Assembly: GCA_050331235.1 (NCBI GenBank) | Contig: JBHJHA010000054.1 | Coordinates: 1 to 54,440 of the forward strand | Reading direction: 5' to 3' | Length of the DNA: 54,440 nt | Source of the DNA: Leptolyngbyaceae cyanobacterium | GTDB taxonomy: Bacteria; Cyanobacteriota; Cyanobacteriia; Phormidesmidales; Phormidesmidaceae | Shown: positions 19,362 to 30,006 of the stretch, in pieces | Layout: the number at the start of each line of letters is the position of its first letter | How positions within the stretch are numbered: the first letter of the stretch is position 1 | Made by a program: the position numbers and the translations under genes | The notes under the pieces: generated by a model | What the model saw: only the letters and a program-made list of their open reading frames with translations | The model's database searches: none | Told to the model about the DNA's origin: nothing

Positions 19362-19847
19362 CTAGGGTTGGCGAGAGTCGCGATCGCGCTGGTCACGCCG
19401 ATATTGGTGGTATTCGCGTCGTTCCACATAGCGTTTTAGTTGTCGAGCCATGCGCTTCATCCCTTGCTTTTCATCCTGGCGGATAAACGGCAGAAAAATG
19501 TTGGAAAGTACCCCGTGATAGCGCTCGGTATGCGTGTAAAGCGTGCGGTAGGGACTGAGATCTTGAATTTCAAATGCATGTTCACTTTTAAAGCCCGGCA
19601 TCTTGGCTCGCCACCGGAGACAAGACTGGGGCTGCAATAGCGTAATCAGGGGTTCAAAGACGGTGAACTCGTCGTCTTCCAACCGCCGCACTGACAGGTA
19701 AATTTCCTTGCCGGGCTGAATTTTTAAGGCTGGATCGGCATCAAATAAAAATGTATTCCATCGCCGCCATTCGTCTTTGCAAATCAGCGCTTCCCACACC
19801 ACAGCGCGGGGAGCATTGATTTCAATTTCGGTGCGCAGAGTAGCCAT
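19362..19847 (-). CDS. SRPBCC (polyketide cyclase/dehydrase-like) domain protein
   Basis: LRTEIEINAPRAVVWEAL...WRRWN and SEHAFEI motifs. Confidence 0.85.
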   Translation of the reverse strand: MATLRTEIEINAPRAVVWEALICKDEWRRWNTFLFDADPALKIQPGKEIYLSVRRLEDDEFTVFEPLITLLQPQSCLRWRAKMPGFKSEHAFEIQDLSPYRTLYTHTERYHGVLSNIFLPFIRQDEKQGMKRMARQLKRYVERREYHQYRRDQRDRDSRQP

Positions 19848-20248
19848 AGAGTCTCAAGATGAGTTGAGGGAATGCGGTAAGCCGATAGTCAATAGAGTAT
19901 TTTGGCGGGGGGAAGGCAGCCGATTGATCGTAACGGTTGAGTCCCTGACATCATCCCAGTTCCAGACCGTTGGAGAACATAGTTGGGTAGACATCCAAAT
20001 TTGCTAAAGCTCAGATCCGGATTGTGCGAGCCGGTTGCATCAGCACCTTGGGATGAGCGATAGGGGTGAGCCAGTCTTGACCAATGGGATAGCGCCAGAC
20101 CACAATTTTGGGTGGATTGATCAGGATTCTTCTACTTTATACAGTCTGTTTCGTTTCCTCATCTCAAATCGGCCTACCATTCATACAGTTCGTTGGTCAG
20201 GCGCAGGCGCTGGGAAAACGAGCGTATGGACTCATCACGGGAAATTTC

Positions 20249-21640
20249 ATGGTTCAACTCACGCCCAACTCCAGTTACGGTTTGACTCTGCGTCTCAAGC
20301 TCCCTAATCGGGTGGGTATGCTGGCCTCAGTCATGACGGCGATCGCCGATCAGGGCGGCAATATAGAAGATGTGCAGCTGTTAGAGCGGAGCCATCAGTG
20401 GGTAATTCGTGAAATCAATGTGGATGCCTCGAGTGATAGCCATGCTGAGTCAATTGCCGCAGCGCTAAAACAGCTGGATGCGATCAAGGTTATCTCGGTC
20501 GAGGACCGGACATTTACCTTGCACCAAGGCGGCAAAATCGAGGTGACGAGCCGCATCGCCGTGCGTAACCAAGCTGACTTGGCCATGGCCTATACTCCCG
20601 GTGTAGGACGGGTCTGTAAGGCAATCGCTGCTAACCCTGAGCGCGTCTATGACCTCACGGTGAAGCAAAACATGGTGGCGATCGTGACCGATGGCAGTGC
20701 CGTACTCGGGCTAGGTAACCTCGGCCCAGAGGGAGCCCTGCCTGTGATGGAGGGAAAGGCACTGCTGTTTAAAGAATTCGCGGATATTGACGCCTTCCCA
20801 GTGTGTTTGGCGACCCAAGACACCGACGAAATTGTCGCCACGGTTAAGCGCTTGGCGCCGGTATTTGGAGGTGTCAATTTGGAAGATATCAGCGCACCTC
20901 GGTGTTTTGAGATTGAAGCCCGCCTCAAAGCGGAAACTGATATTCCGATTTTTCATGACGATCAGCATGGTACGGCCATTGTCGTGTTGGCGGCATTGAC
21001 CAATGCCCTCAAACTCGTGAAAAAGGAATTCTCCCAAATCCGCATTGTGATCAATGGCGCGGGAGCGGCGGGGGTCGCGATCGCACAGCTGCTGCAGCGG
21101 GCCGGTGCACAGACCATCCTCATGTGCGATTCCAAGGGTATTATTTCTCGCGATCGCACCGATCTCAATGCCAAGAAACAAGCCTTTGCCGTTGAGGAGT
21201 CCGGTCATTTAGCAGATGCGATGAAAGCAGCGGACGTCTTTCTTGGCGTGAGTGCGCCGGGGGTCGTCTCGGTGGAGATGGTGCAGTCGATGGCGACTGA
21301 TCCGATTGTGTTTGCCATGGCCAATCCGATTCCTGAGATTCAGCCTGAGTTAGTAGCGGGCTCAGTCGCGGTGATGGCCACCGGCCGCAGCGACTACCCT
21401 AACCAGATCAATAATGTGCTGGCCTTTCCGGGCGTCTTTCGGGGGGCGCTAGATTGCCGGAGTCAGAGCATGACGACAGTGATGTTTTTACAAGCAGCCC
21501 AGGCGATCGCAGCCCTCGTGAGCCCCACCGAACTCAGCGCTGAGCACATCATTCCCTCGGTGTTTGATCCGCGGGTAGCGACTGCGGTCGCCGCAGCGGT
21601 GCAGCAAGCCGCCCGTGCCGAAGGTGTCGCCCGAGTATAG
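20249..21640 (+). CDS. Malic enzyme with N-terminal ACT domain
   Basis: AYTPGV, VTDGSAVLGLGNLG, NLEDI, DDQHGTA, NGAGAAG and PNQINNVLAFPG motifs. Start trimmed to MVQLTPNSS. Confidence 0.95.
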   Translation: MVQLTPNSSYGLTLRLKLPNRVGMLASVMTAIADQGGNIEDVQLLERSHQWVIREINVDASSDSHAESIAAALKQLDAIKVISVEDRTFTLHQGGKIEVTSRIAVRNQADLAMAYTPGVGRVCKAIAANPERVYDLTVKQNMVAIVTDGSAVLGLGNLGPEGALPVMEGKALLFKEFADIDAFPVCLATQDTDEIVATVKRLAPVFGGVNLEDISAPRCFEIEARLKAETDIPIFHDDQHGTAIVVLAALTNALKLVKKEFSQIRIVINGAGAAGVAIAQLLQRAGAQTILMCDSKGIISRDRTDLNAKKQAFAVEESGHLADAMKAADVFLGVSAPGVVSVEMVQSMATDPIVFAMANPIPEIQPELVAGSVAVMATGRSDYPNQINNVLAFPGVFRGALDCRSQSMTTVMFLQAAQAIAALVSPTELSAEHIIPSVFDPRVATAVAAAVQQAARAEGVARV

Positions 21641-21831
21641 TTCCCGCCCCTAAGAAACTTGCCTTTTGCCGGTACTAGCAGAGTCGATTAACGAAGGACA
21701 TGGGGGCAGTTGGTGGTGTTTGTCACTATGAGGCAAGATTCAGCCTGAGGGTGCCAACAAATCAACTGATAGTGAGATTTGAGGATAGTCGTCCCTCGGT
21801 AAGATGGATCGATGCCATAGGAGAAAGCGAT

Positions 21832-22314
21832 ATGTTGAACGAAGAAGCTAAAAAAACGTTGTTGCGCAAGATTCCCCACGGGTTGTACATCTGCGGAGTT
21901 AAAGATGGCGATCAGATGAATGGCTTTACCGTGAGCTGGCTGATGCAGGCATCTTTTGAGCCCCCCCTTGTGGTGAACTGCGTCAAAAACGACTCTACGT
22001 CCCACGAAATGTTGAAAAAGAGCGGCGTGTTTTCCATTAGCTTTTTAGAAGCAGGACAAAAACCACTGGCTCAGAAATTTTTGAAGCCGTTACATCGCGT
22101 TGGCAATAAGTTTGAAGATGTTGAATTTTACACAGCTCCTGAAACTGGCTGCCCCGTGATTGAAGACACTCTGGGCTATGTCGAATGCGAAGTTGTCGGC
22201 AGTGTTGAGCATGGCGATCACACTGTGTTTGTGGGTAAGGTCGTCGGTGCGACGGTTAACCGCGAGGGCGAACCGCTGCTATTGGAACAAACCGGCTGGA
22301 ACTACGGCGGCTAA
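21832..22314 (+). CDS. Flavin reductase family protein
   Basis: SWLMQASFEPPLV and GDHTVFVG motifs; RBS AGGAGA before ATG 21832. Confidence 0.9.
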   Translation: MLNEEAKKTLLRKIPHGLYICGVKDGDQMNGFTVSWLMQASFEPPLVVNCVKNDSTSHEMLKKSGVFSISFLEAGQKPLAQKFLKPLHRVGNKFEDVEFYTAPETGCPVIEDTLGYVECEVVGSVEHGDHTVFVGKVVGATVNREGEPLLLEQTGWNYGG

Positions 22315-22361
22315 GCGCGGCTGTCCACCTAACCAATAAGCTCATATTTTGACTTTCAGAG

Positions 22362-22395
22362 AAGCCACTGCTGACGCCCGTCGGTAGTGGCTTTT
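22362..22395 (+). terminator. Intrinsic terminator after the flavin reductase gene
   Basis: AAGCCACTGCTGACG / CGTCGGTAGTGGCTT stem followed by Ts. Confidence 0.65.
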
Positions 22396-23071
22396 AGGTA
22401 TCGGCTGCATGGCAAGTTCTCCCGGCTATCGGTTCTGCATAGGCACGGTATCCCGATTCTGTATGAAAGCGTTACAGATGAAGGCTTCCCCGCCGTCGCT
22501 GCTCCTTAAGAAAAGAACTATTCATCCCTTGGACTTTGTTGCTTCCTTTTGCTAAGGGAGTTGGGAGGATTGCTCCAGCAAATGCGTTTGTAGTGCGGTT
22601 TCAGAGACTTGGTATTGCCCGTGGAGGGATCTGTCACGATCGCTAGTGCTGATGCCTGGGGCTTCTAGACCGGTCTAGATCGAATGGTGCGATCGCAACT
22701 TATATTAGCCAGGTGCATAGAATAAGCTAACAAACAAAAGAAAAACTTATCTCTTAGATTTGACATTGCATTCCCAATCTGTGTCGAGCGAACGAGGACT
22801 TGAGGTCCCTTTACGATAGACTGAATGGCATGAAGAATTAAATCTAAATAGATTTGAGTCTATGGATGAGCGCTCTGGTTTGAGCTCGCTGTCCTCCTTC
22901 AAATTCATGGATTGGCCATCTTTGAGTTCCCTGTCGATATCTGGCGATGGGATGTGTGAGGAAACCCTGTGACATGGGAGTGAATCGCGACACTCCTAAA
23001 TTCTTCAAGTTTTCACAAATCAATTATTGCTATTACCGCTTTTGTGAATAGAGAAATGGAAGGAGGTTTTC

Positions 23072-24232
23072 GTGGATTTTTTAGCCGATTTCTTATCGCG
23101 CTTTGGAGACAAGTTGCAGTCTCCGACGCTAGGCTTTCTGATCGGTGGCATGCTCATTGCTGCCCTCAATAGTCGATTGCAGATTCCAGAGGCGATTTAT
23201 AAGTTCATCGTCTTCATGCTATTGATCAAGGTTGGCCTCAGCGGCGGCATTGCTATCCGTAATGCCAATCTGGCCGAGATGCTATTACCTGCGGTGTTTG
23301 CGGCGGCTGTGGGGATGCTCATCGTCTTCATCGCGTACAACACCCTGGGTAAGCTGCCAGGCATTAGAACCGTGGATGCCATTGCAACTGGCGGCTTGTT
23401 TGGTGCTGTGAGTGGCTCGACTCTTGCTGCAGGTATCACCATGTTGGAATCAGAGGGCATGCAATACGAGGCCTGGGCCGCTGCACTCTATCCTTTTATG
23501 GACATTCCAGCGCTTGTCACTGCGATCGTCTTAGCTAGCATTTATACCAGCAAGCAAAATCGTGACAAGTATCTTAAAAACGAAGAATATCTCAGGAAAG
23601 AAGAATACGTTGGCAAGCAGCCCGTAGCGGCAGGCAGTTACCCTACGGGTAATCAACGTGGGACGTCAGGAGGCTATCCTAGCAATCCTAGTGGGACTGG
23701 AGGCGAGTCGGGAGGAGCCGCTAATCAGCGAGTCAAGATCTGGCCCATTGTCAAAGATAGCCTGCAAGGCTCGGCCCTATCGGCGCTGCTGCTGGGTATT
23801 GCCTTGGGTATCCTAACTCGCCCCGAAAGTGTTTATGAAAGTTTCTACAACCCGCTTTTTCGCGGTCTGCTTTCGATCTTAATGTTGGTCATGGGTATGG
23901 AGGCTTGGGCGAGAATTGGCGAACTACGTAAAGTGGCCCAATGGTATGCAGTGTACGCTCTGGTGGCCCCGCTGTTGCATGGCCTCATTGGCTTTGGTCT
24001 AGGCTATGTTGCTCATATCATGACGGGATTTAGCCCCGGTGGCGTCGTCCTGTTGTCTGTGATTGCTGCGTCTAGTTCAGATATTTCGGGACCGCCCACA
24101 TTGAGGGCGGGTATTCCTAAGGCTAATCCCTCTGCCTATATTGGCGCGTCTACAGCCGTGGGCACACCGATCGCCCTAGCCGTGGGCACACCGCTATTCA
24201 TCGGGCTGGCCCAGGCACTGATGGGAGGGTAA
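23072..24232 (+). CDS. sbtA: Sodium-dependent bicarbonate transporter SbtA
   Basis: MDFL...LQSPTLGFLIGG, FGAVSGST, LYPFMDIPAL and SSDISGPPTLRAGIP motifs; strong RBS AAGGAGG before the GTG start. Confidence 0.96.
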   Translation: MDFLADFLSRFGDKLQSPTLGFLIGGMLIAALNSRLQIPEAIYKFIVFMLLIKVGLSGGIAIRNANLAEMLLPAVFAAAVGMLIVFIAYNTLGKLPGIRTVDAIATGGLFGAVSGSTLAAGITMLESEGMQYEAWAAALYPFMDIPALVTAIVLASIYTSKQNRDKYLKNEEYLRKEEYVGKQPVAAGSYPTGNQRGTSGGYPSNPSGTGGESGGAANQRVKIWPIVKDSLQGSALSALLLGIALGILTRPESVYESFYNPLFRGLLSILMLVMGMEAWARIGELRKVAQWYAVYALVAPLLHGLIGFGLGYVAHIMTGFSPGGVVLLSVIAASSSDISGPPTLRAGIPKANPSAYIGASTAVGTPIALAVGTPLFIGLAQALMGG

Positions 24233-24362
24233 TCTGCCTCGCCTTGCGGTCTGCCAGTGCTTCTCTAGCCTGGTGTCAATTCGGCGGCTAAATCAGCGCG
24301 ATCGCTTGTAGTGCCGCCGGTTCCCTGAGTTTTTATGTAGTTTTAATGAGTCCATACGTTGA

Positions 24363-24707
<345 letters not shown>

Positions 24708-25277
24708 ATCGAGACGATGCGGGCTTAAAGGTCGGGGTATGCTCCGACCTTTTGGATGATGTGTAGAGGTGCCTTGATCTGTTGCAGTAGGCATTATGGG
24801 TCGGCGCAAAACCCTGACGAAGCACTATCCGATGGGCGTGACGGGGCGGTTCCCTTAGAGTTCATCCAGCCCTGGCCTGCAATGCTTGGTTCAACGGGTT
24901 ACAGACGCACATAACCAATTTTTGCCTGTGGTTGATGATGTTGACTTTTGGGGAGAGCTCCCTCCTGACGCTGACTCCGTGTTGCGACTCTTCCCTTTTC
25001 TCCTGTCTGGTTATTGACCGATGAGGGGAGGTCATCTGCGTAGGCACACAGGCCGCAATATTTGAGTCCAAACCAGTGCGATTTCTCTCGGTTCCTGTTG
25101 GCAGAGAGGTTTCTATGAAGCTGATAATGCTTGGCCGAGCCCAATCAGTATTAATCCAATCAATAGTAATAAGGAGCGGCGATCAGGGAGAATTTATAGC
25201 AATGGTCATATTTCACCTGACAGGATGATGTCCTCGATCGCCCTTACCCTTTCCTTTGCTAATGCGGAGGAAGCTTG

Positions 25278-26132
25278 ATGGAAGAGTTTTCCGGTCGCGT
25301 GGCAATCATTGCCACCATGCATCACAAAGAGCAGGCGATCGCGCCTCGTCTGGAGACAATCCTCAATCTCCAGCCCTTAGTGCCGGCAAATTTCAATACC
25401 GATGCTCTGGGCACCTTTACCCGCGACATCGACCGCCCCGCCAATCAGCTCGTCACCGCGCGTCTGAAGGCTAAAGCGGCCCTAGAATTGACTGGCGAAA
25501 CACTGGCGATCGCTAGCGAGGGGAGCTTTGGCCCCCATCCTCAAATTCCCTTTGTGCCCTGCGATCGCGAGATTGTCCTGTTGCTAGACCTACAGCACAC
25601 ACTGGAAATTGTGGGTCAAGTCATCAGTACCCATACCAACTATCGGGCCCAAACAGTGCATTCCCTTGAGGAGGCATGGGCCTTTGCCCAAGCAGTTGGT
25701 TTTCCTGAGCATGGCCTGGTTGTGATGGCGATCGCTGAGGGCAGACCGACCACCGTTATCGCTAAAGGCATCACAACAGCTCCACATCTGGAGACGGCTG
25801 TGAGTCAGGCACTGAGCCAATCTTCAATGCGCGCTGCTCATCTAGAAACCGACATGCGGGCGCTCTACAACCCTACCCGCATGCAAGTGATTGCTCAGGC
25901 AACGGATAACTTGTTGGTAGAAATCGCTAGACGGTGTCCTCGCTGTGGCTGTCCAGGCTTTCGGGAAATCAAGCGTCGCCCTGGACTGCCCTGTAGTCTG
26001 TGTCGTGCCCCTACCTTACTAACGCTGGCAGTGGTGTATGGTTGTCAGCAATGTCAATTTCAGCAGGCTGATAAATTTCCGGATGGGGAGCAGTTTGCCG
26101 ATCCGGGACAATGCCTTTACTGCAATCCCTAA
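25278..26132 (+). CDS. DUF6671-like protein with C-terminal Cys-rich zinc-binding region
   Basis: ATMHHKEQAIAP, LGTFTRDIDR, ASEGSFGPHP and ETDMRA..NPTRM motifs; CPRC, CSLC, CQQC and CLYCNP; RBS GGAGG. Confidence 0.8.
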   Translation: MEEFSGRVAIIATMHHKEQAIAPRLETILNLQPLVPANFNTDALGTFTRDIDRPANQLVTARLKAKAALELTGETLAIASEGSFGPHPQIPFVPCDREIVLLLDLQHTLEIVGQVISTHTNYRAQTVHSLEEAWAFAQAVGFPEHGLVVMAIAEGRPTTVIAKGITTAPHLETAVSQALSQSSMRAAHLETDMRALYNPTRMQVIAQATDNLLVEIARRCPRCGCPGFREIKRRPGLPCSLCRAPTLLTLAVVYGCQQCQFQQADKFPDGEQFADPGQCLYCNP

Positions 26133-26216
26133 CCTTCTGGGAGTGTAGTTAAACTGGGTAAAACTGGCCGATAACGGAACAGCAAACCTTAAAGAGATGA
26201 TTAACCTGAACTCAGG

Positions 26217-27473
26217 TTATTCTAGCTCTTGGAGGTAATTCACCACATCTTGGTAAGTGGTGGTGTTTCCCTGCTGCTGAAACAGCTCCGCGGCTTGGGT
26301 TAAGTCAGCGATCGCTCCGGGTCGGTCACCGAGCTCCACTTTGACGATTCCACGGCCATAAAAGGCATCGGCGAAGGTGGCATCACGGCGAAGGGCCTCA
26401 TCATAATCGGCGAATGCGGCTTCCCAGTCGCCCGCAAATTCATAAGCGAGACCACGGCTAGTGTAGTTGTTGATATTTTGCGGATCGAGTCGAATCGCTG
26501 TGGAAAAGTCACTGATGGCGGCATCGTAGTTTTCTGCCGTATTGTGAATGCCGCCTCGCAAGGAATAGGCGCTGGCATAGTTGGGATCAAGCTCAAGGGT
26601 GGCGGAATAGTCCTCAAGCGCCCCTACATCATCTCCTTGCAGTTCCTTGGCCAACCCCCGAGTAAACCGATAATCGGGATTGTCAGGGTCAAGGGCGATC
26701 GCCTGGTCAAAGTCAGCGATCGCCCCGGCCAAGTCTTCTTGGTCAAACTTCAAATCCCCGCGGTTGCCTAGGCTTTCGGCTCTGATGTTATCGACATCAA
26801 GGGCGTTGGTATCTTCAGCCGCAGCACTAGCAGCTTTGGTATAGTCCTCTAGCGCCCCCTCAATGTCGCCGAGTTCTGCTTTAGCCAAGGCCCGGTTGAA
26901 GTACAGCAAAATGTCTTGGGAGCCCAGTCCCGCAGCGGTTTCAAAATCCGCCATAGCGCCGGCCGTATCGCCGAGGTTGAGCTTGGCCGCCCCGCGATTG
27001 ATGTAGCCCAGTGAGTCGTCAGGCGATAGGCGCACGACTGTCTCAAAGTCTGCTAAGGCATTCTCAAAGTCACCGATTTCGCCATATGCCACACCGCGAT
27101 CGTTGTAGGCATCACTATTGTTAGGGTTAAGGCGAATGGCTTCAGTATAAGTGGCGATCTCCTCCTCAGCTGAGGGTGAGGGTTTGGTGGCGTTTGGGTT
27201 AGGCTCTGCAGCCGTTGATCGATCAGCGGTCTCTGTGACCGTGGGCGGTGAATTCTTGAAGCTCGTTTTAGTTGAAAATTGAGTCGTGAAAATGATAGGG
27301 ATGGCGATGATAGGGACGGCAATACCCAAAGCTATCCAGGCCTGGCGAGGCATCCATGAGACGTCGATGGGTACACCGTTAACGTAGAAAACCACCTTGG
27401 AAGTGCGGGTACCGGAATCTGAACGGTTGCTCTCAGAGTTAGACTGCAACGGCGATGGATTTCGATCAGTCAT
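26217..27473 (-). CDS. Membrane-anchored tetratricopeptide repeat protein
   Basis: Multiple TPRs (AYNDRG, GYINRG, LYFNRA, YRFTRG, AYSLRG, AFYGRG) after an N-terminal TM helix. Confidence 0.92.
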   Translation of the reverse strand: MTDRNPSPLQSNSESNRSDSGTRTSKVVFYVNGVPIDVSWMPRQAWIALGIAVPIIAIPIIFTTQFSTKTSFKNSPPTVTETADRSTAAEPNPNATKPSPSAEEEIATYTEAIRLNPNNSDAYNDRGVAYGEIGDFENALADFETVVRLSPDDSLGYINRGAAKLNLGDTAGAMADFETAAGLGSQDILLYFNRALAKAELGDIEGALEDYTKAASAAAEDTNALDVDNIRAESLGNRGDLKFDQEDLAGAIADFDQAIALDPDNPDYRFTRGLAKELQGDDVGALEDYSATLELDPNYASAYSLRGGIHNTAENYDAAISDFSTAIRLDPQNINNYTSRGLAYEFAGDWEAAFADYDEALRRDATFADAFYGRGIVKVELGDRPGAIADLTQAAELFQQQGNTTTYQDVVNYLQELE

Positions 27474-27705
27474 TTGGGTCTCTTGCGAATAGAGGGCAAA
27501 GCTACCGACTTGCATAAAGTCCTTGCCTCGATCTACAGCGCAATTGATGTGATTACGGACAGCGAAAATATACAGCTTGGGACTGACATTGACGATGTGA
27601 GGCTTGAGATGGTGGTGAAGAGGCGGTTAGCTCTCCAGTTTTTGGTAAGGGTTAGGCATATTACCAAGCTCTTATCACGGGTGTCTCCCTGCAGTCCAAC
27701 GTGAT

Positions 27706-28914
27706 TTATGCGTTCACGTTGCCGACGCCGCTGCTCGGAAAGTTCCGACTCTGATTAGTTTCGACCTCCGCATCTACCGCCCGCCGATACGTATCCACGA
27801 TATGGTTAGGCAAAATGTCGCCCCCCTGATTGACGAAGGACCACTCCTCACCAACATGTACAAACTCGGCCCGGAGCTTAGTTGGCGGCATCGTCGGGAT
27901 CGGGTCGGCAAGATTGGTGATCCGAAAGGTATTGGGCAAGATCTGGGCGTAGTTGTTGACAAACTCAGGGTTGCCCACCCGAGGACTGGCATACACGTAA
28001 ACCTGCAGCTGCGGTTGGAGCTGTGGTTCAGCTAGGGCGATATCTAGTGCCAAGATGGTGGCCAAGGCAGAGCCTAAGCTGTGTCCAGAGACATAGCAGG
28101 GTTTGTTGGGATTGATCTGCTTGACCGCGTCCACCGCTAGGGGATTGATAATAGCATCGGCAATGCGTCGGAACCCTTGATGAATGCGCCCAAGGGACTC
28201 TCCCGTGGTGGGATGCAGATACTCTTGCTGCACAGCATAAACATTGCCTAGCCATTCCAGCAGTCGCTGGGTACCCCGGAATACTAAAATGCTGTCTTCA
28301 TTGGACTCTAGTAAAAAGCCATAAAAGACATCAATCTTACGACCGACGGTAACGGCGGCAGTTACCCCTGTCCGAATTGCGTCTTCGGTTTGGGCGAGGT
28401 TTTCCTCTAACGCGGTGGGATTATCGAGCAGCGTAGGATCATCGATGACTTCCTGGGGTACCTGAATTTCAATATTGTCGTTGACCTGGCGCTCCTGTCC
28501 GCGAAAGGAAGTGACGAGGCGATATTTGTCTAGGCTCGGGTTGTAGTCAAATAGCTGTTGGAGGTTGCCGTCGTAATCGGGATCATTACGCCCGGTAATG
28601 TACTGCTGGGTCGCGAGGCGACTGAGCAGGATGAGCCGCTTTGATATTTCACGGTTATAGGCGATCTCCGGTGGTGGGAAGACTGCAGACGCTTGAATTG
28701 CCTGAAACTCTTCCACCATTTGGGTATCGCCCGTGACCGCTGCTTGAATAATGTCTTCGGGATTGTAAAACTCAGCGGCATAGGCGTCGATCGCGGCTTG
28801 TTTAGCCTCCGCCCGCTGTCGCCGGACAAATTCGCTGCTGGCGGTCGCAACCGTACCGGCCGCCACTCCGCCTAATAGAAACTGACGCCGCTTAAATGTA
28901 TCCACTCGATTCAC
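27706..28914 (-). CDS. Class 3 lipase with twin-arginine signal
   Basis: KRRQFL Tat motif; LVFRGT, YVSGHSLG (GxSxG), SPRVGN, RITNLADPIP and a C-terminal His. Confidence 0.9.
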   Translation of the reverse strand: MNRVDTFKRRQFLLGGVAAGTVATASSEFVRRQRAEAKQAAIDAYAAEFYNPEDIIQAAVTGDTQMVEEFQAIQASAVFPPPEIAYNREISKRLILLSRLATQQYITGRNDPDYDGNLQQLFDYNPSLDKYRLVTSFRGQERQVNDNIEIQVPQEVIDDPTLLDNPTALEENLAQTEDAIRTGVTAAVTVGRKIDVFYGFLLESNEDSILVFRGTQRLLEWLGNVYAVQQEYLHPTTGESLGRIHQGFRRIADAIINPLAVDAVKQINPNKPCYVSGHSLGSALATILALDIALAEPQLQPQLQVYVYASPRVGNPEFVNNYAQILPNTFRITNLADPIPTMPPTKLRAEFVHVGEEWSFVNQGGDILPNHIVDTYRRAVDAEVETNQSRNFPSSGVGNVNA

Positions 28915-28929
28915 TCCGCTGCAGTTTTA

Positions 28930-29772
28930 TCACGACCGGTCTGAAGACATCAAATTGGGAAACGCCCGCTTGAGCGCGCTGAAATCAGGCCGTTTTTGGC
29001 TAGTGTAGAACTGATTAGTTGCTTGACCCGCGACCCAGGTGGCAGTGGCAAAGCCCGCGGCCTTATCAAAAGCACCCGCATAGGGAATCACCACTCCTAA
29101 ACCGATAAGGGTGGCCCAAGCTAAAAATCCAGCGATGATGGCACCGATAAAGCCAAAGATATTGCCCACAATGGCTAAAATGTCTTGGCCCCGCGGCTGA
29201 CCCCACAGGTTGCGGATATCCCAAATCATTTTGAGGATGAGTGCGAGTACAATCAGCAGCTTGACCTCAAGGGTGCCGCCCCCAGTCAGGGGCACTAACC
29301 CAACGATTGCCGCCCCCAGAGAATAGTCGAATACTAGCCGCCGGACCTCACCTTCGCGGCCAATCAGTGAGGCCATGCCGGCTAAGGCTGAGTTGACACC
29401 ACCGCCTGCTCCCCTCACTAGTGGCTGCTTTTCCAAGGTCTTCGTCAGCTCAGCGGATAGGCCAAAAGCCGCTTTCAGCTCATTCAAAAGCTGGGCTTCT
29501 TGGGCATCGATGCCCTTAGATCGCACGATGGCATGGGTGCCCCGATAAGCCTGCTGCTGCATTGCTGGCGTGGTGATTAGGTTTAGATTTTCCGGAATAT
29601 TGATGCTGCAAGACAGCAGATTTTCCGGGGTCATGGCGCTCGGGACTGGCTGAAATGTATTGAGCGCTGCTAAGAATGCTTCAAATTCTGCGGGAGTCGG
29701 ATCCCCGTTGAGGTTGGCCGCCGCCGCGAGGATCTTGAGACAGGCAATTTTCTCAGTCGAGGAGTCTGGCAT
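28930..29772 (-). CDS. TerB-like N-terminal domain plus DUF697-like membrane domain protein
   Basis: LKILAAAANLNGDPTPAE (TerB-like helix-loop), then DYSLGAAIVGLVP...LKMIWDI...W...ATATWVAG. Confidence 0.6.
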   Translation of the reverse strand: MPDSSTEKIACLKILAAAANLNGDPTPAEFEAFLAALNTFQPVPSAMTPENLLSCSINIPENLNLITTPAMQQQAYRGTHAIVRSKGIDAQEAQLLNELKAAFGLSAELTKTLEKQPLVRGAGGGVNSALAGMASLIGREGEVRRLVFDYSLGAAIVGLVPLTGGGTLEVKLLIVLALILKMIWDIRNLWGQPRGQDILAIVGNIFGFIGAIIAGFLAWATLIGLGVVIPYAGAFDKAAGFATATWVAGQATNQFYTSQKRPDFSALKRAFPNLMSSDRS

Positions 29773-30006
29773 TGCGGAAAACAGCTGTGGGTATCTAAAT
29801 CATAGGCCCAAGCGCGTTGAGCCTACGTGGAAGCCTTCCTAAAGACTGGATTAGCTCAGGACAGTGGTCAACAGTGCGATCGCGACTCTCCCATACAACA
29901 GCTTCCCGGCTAACCGTATCAGCAAGGCCCCGATAAATCAACCAGACTTAGTGGCTTGTTGTGTAGTAAATTGCGCGGCCCGGCGACCTTAGGTGACCGA
30001 GGTGAA

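Noticed and set aside
22400..23071. Riboswitch, ncRNA or exact NdhR site in the long region upstream of sbtA
   Set aside because: There is an AT-rich stretch near 22700-22770 with weak LysR-like T-N11-A patterns, but no exact motif or recognisable RNA family.
24708..25150. Short minus-strand ORFs between sbtB and the DUF6671-like gene
   Set aside because: No recognisable motifs or clear RBS, and the ORFs overlap one another; treated as non-coding.
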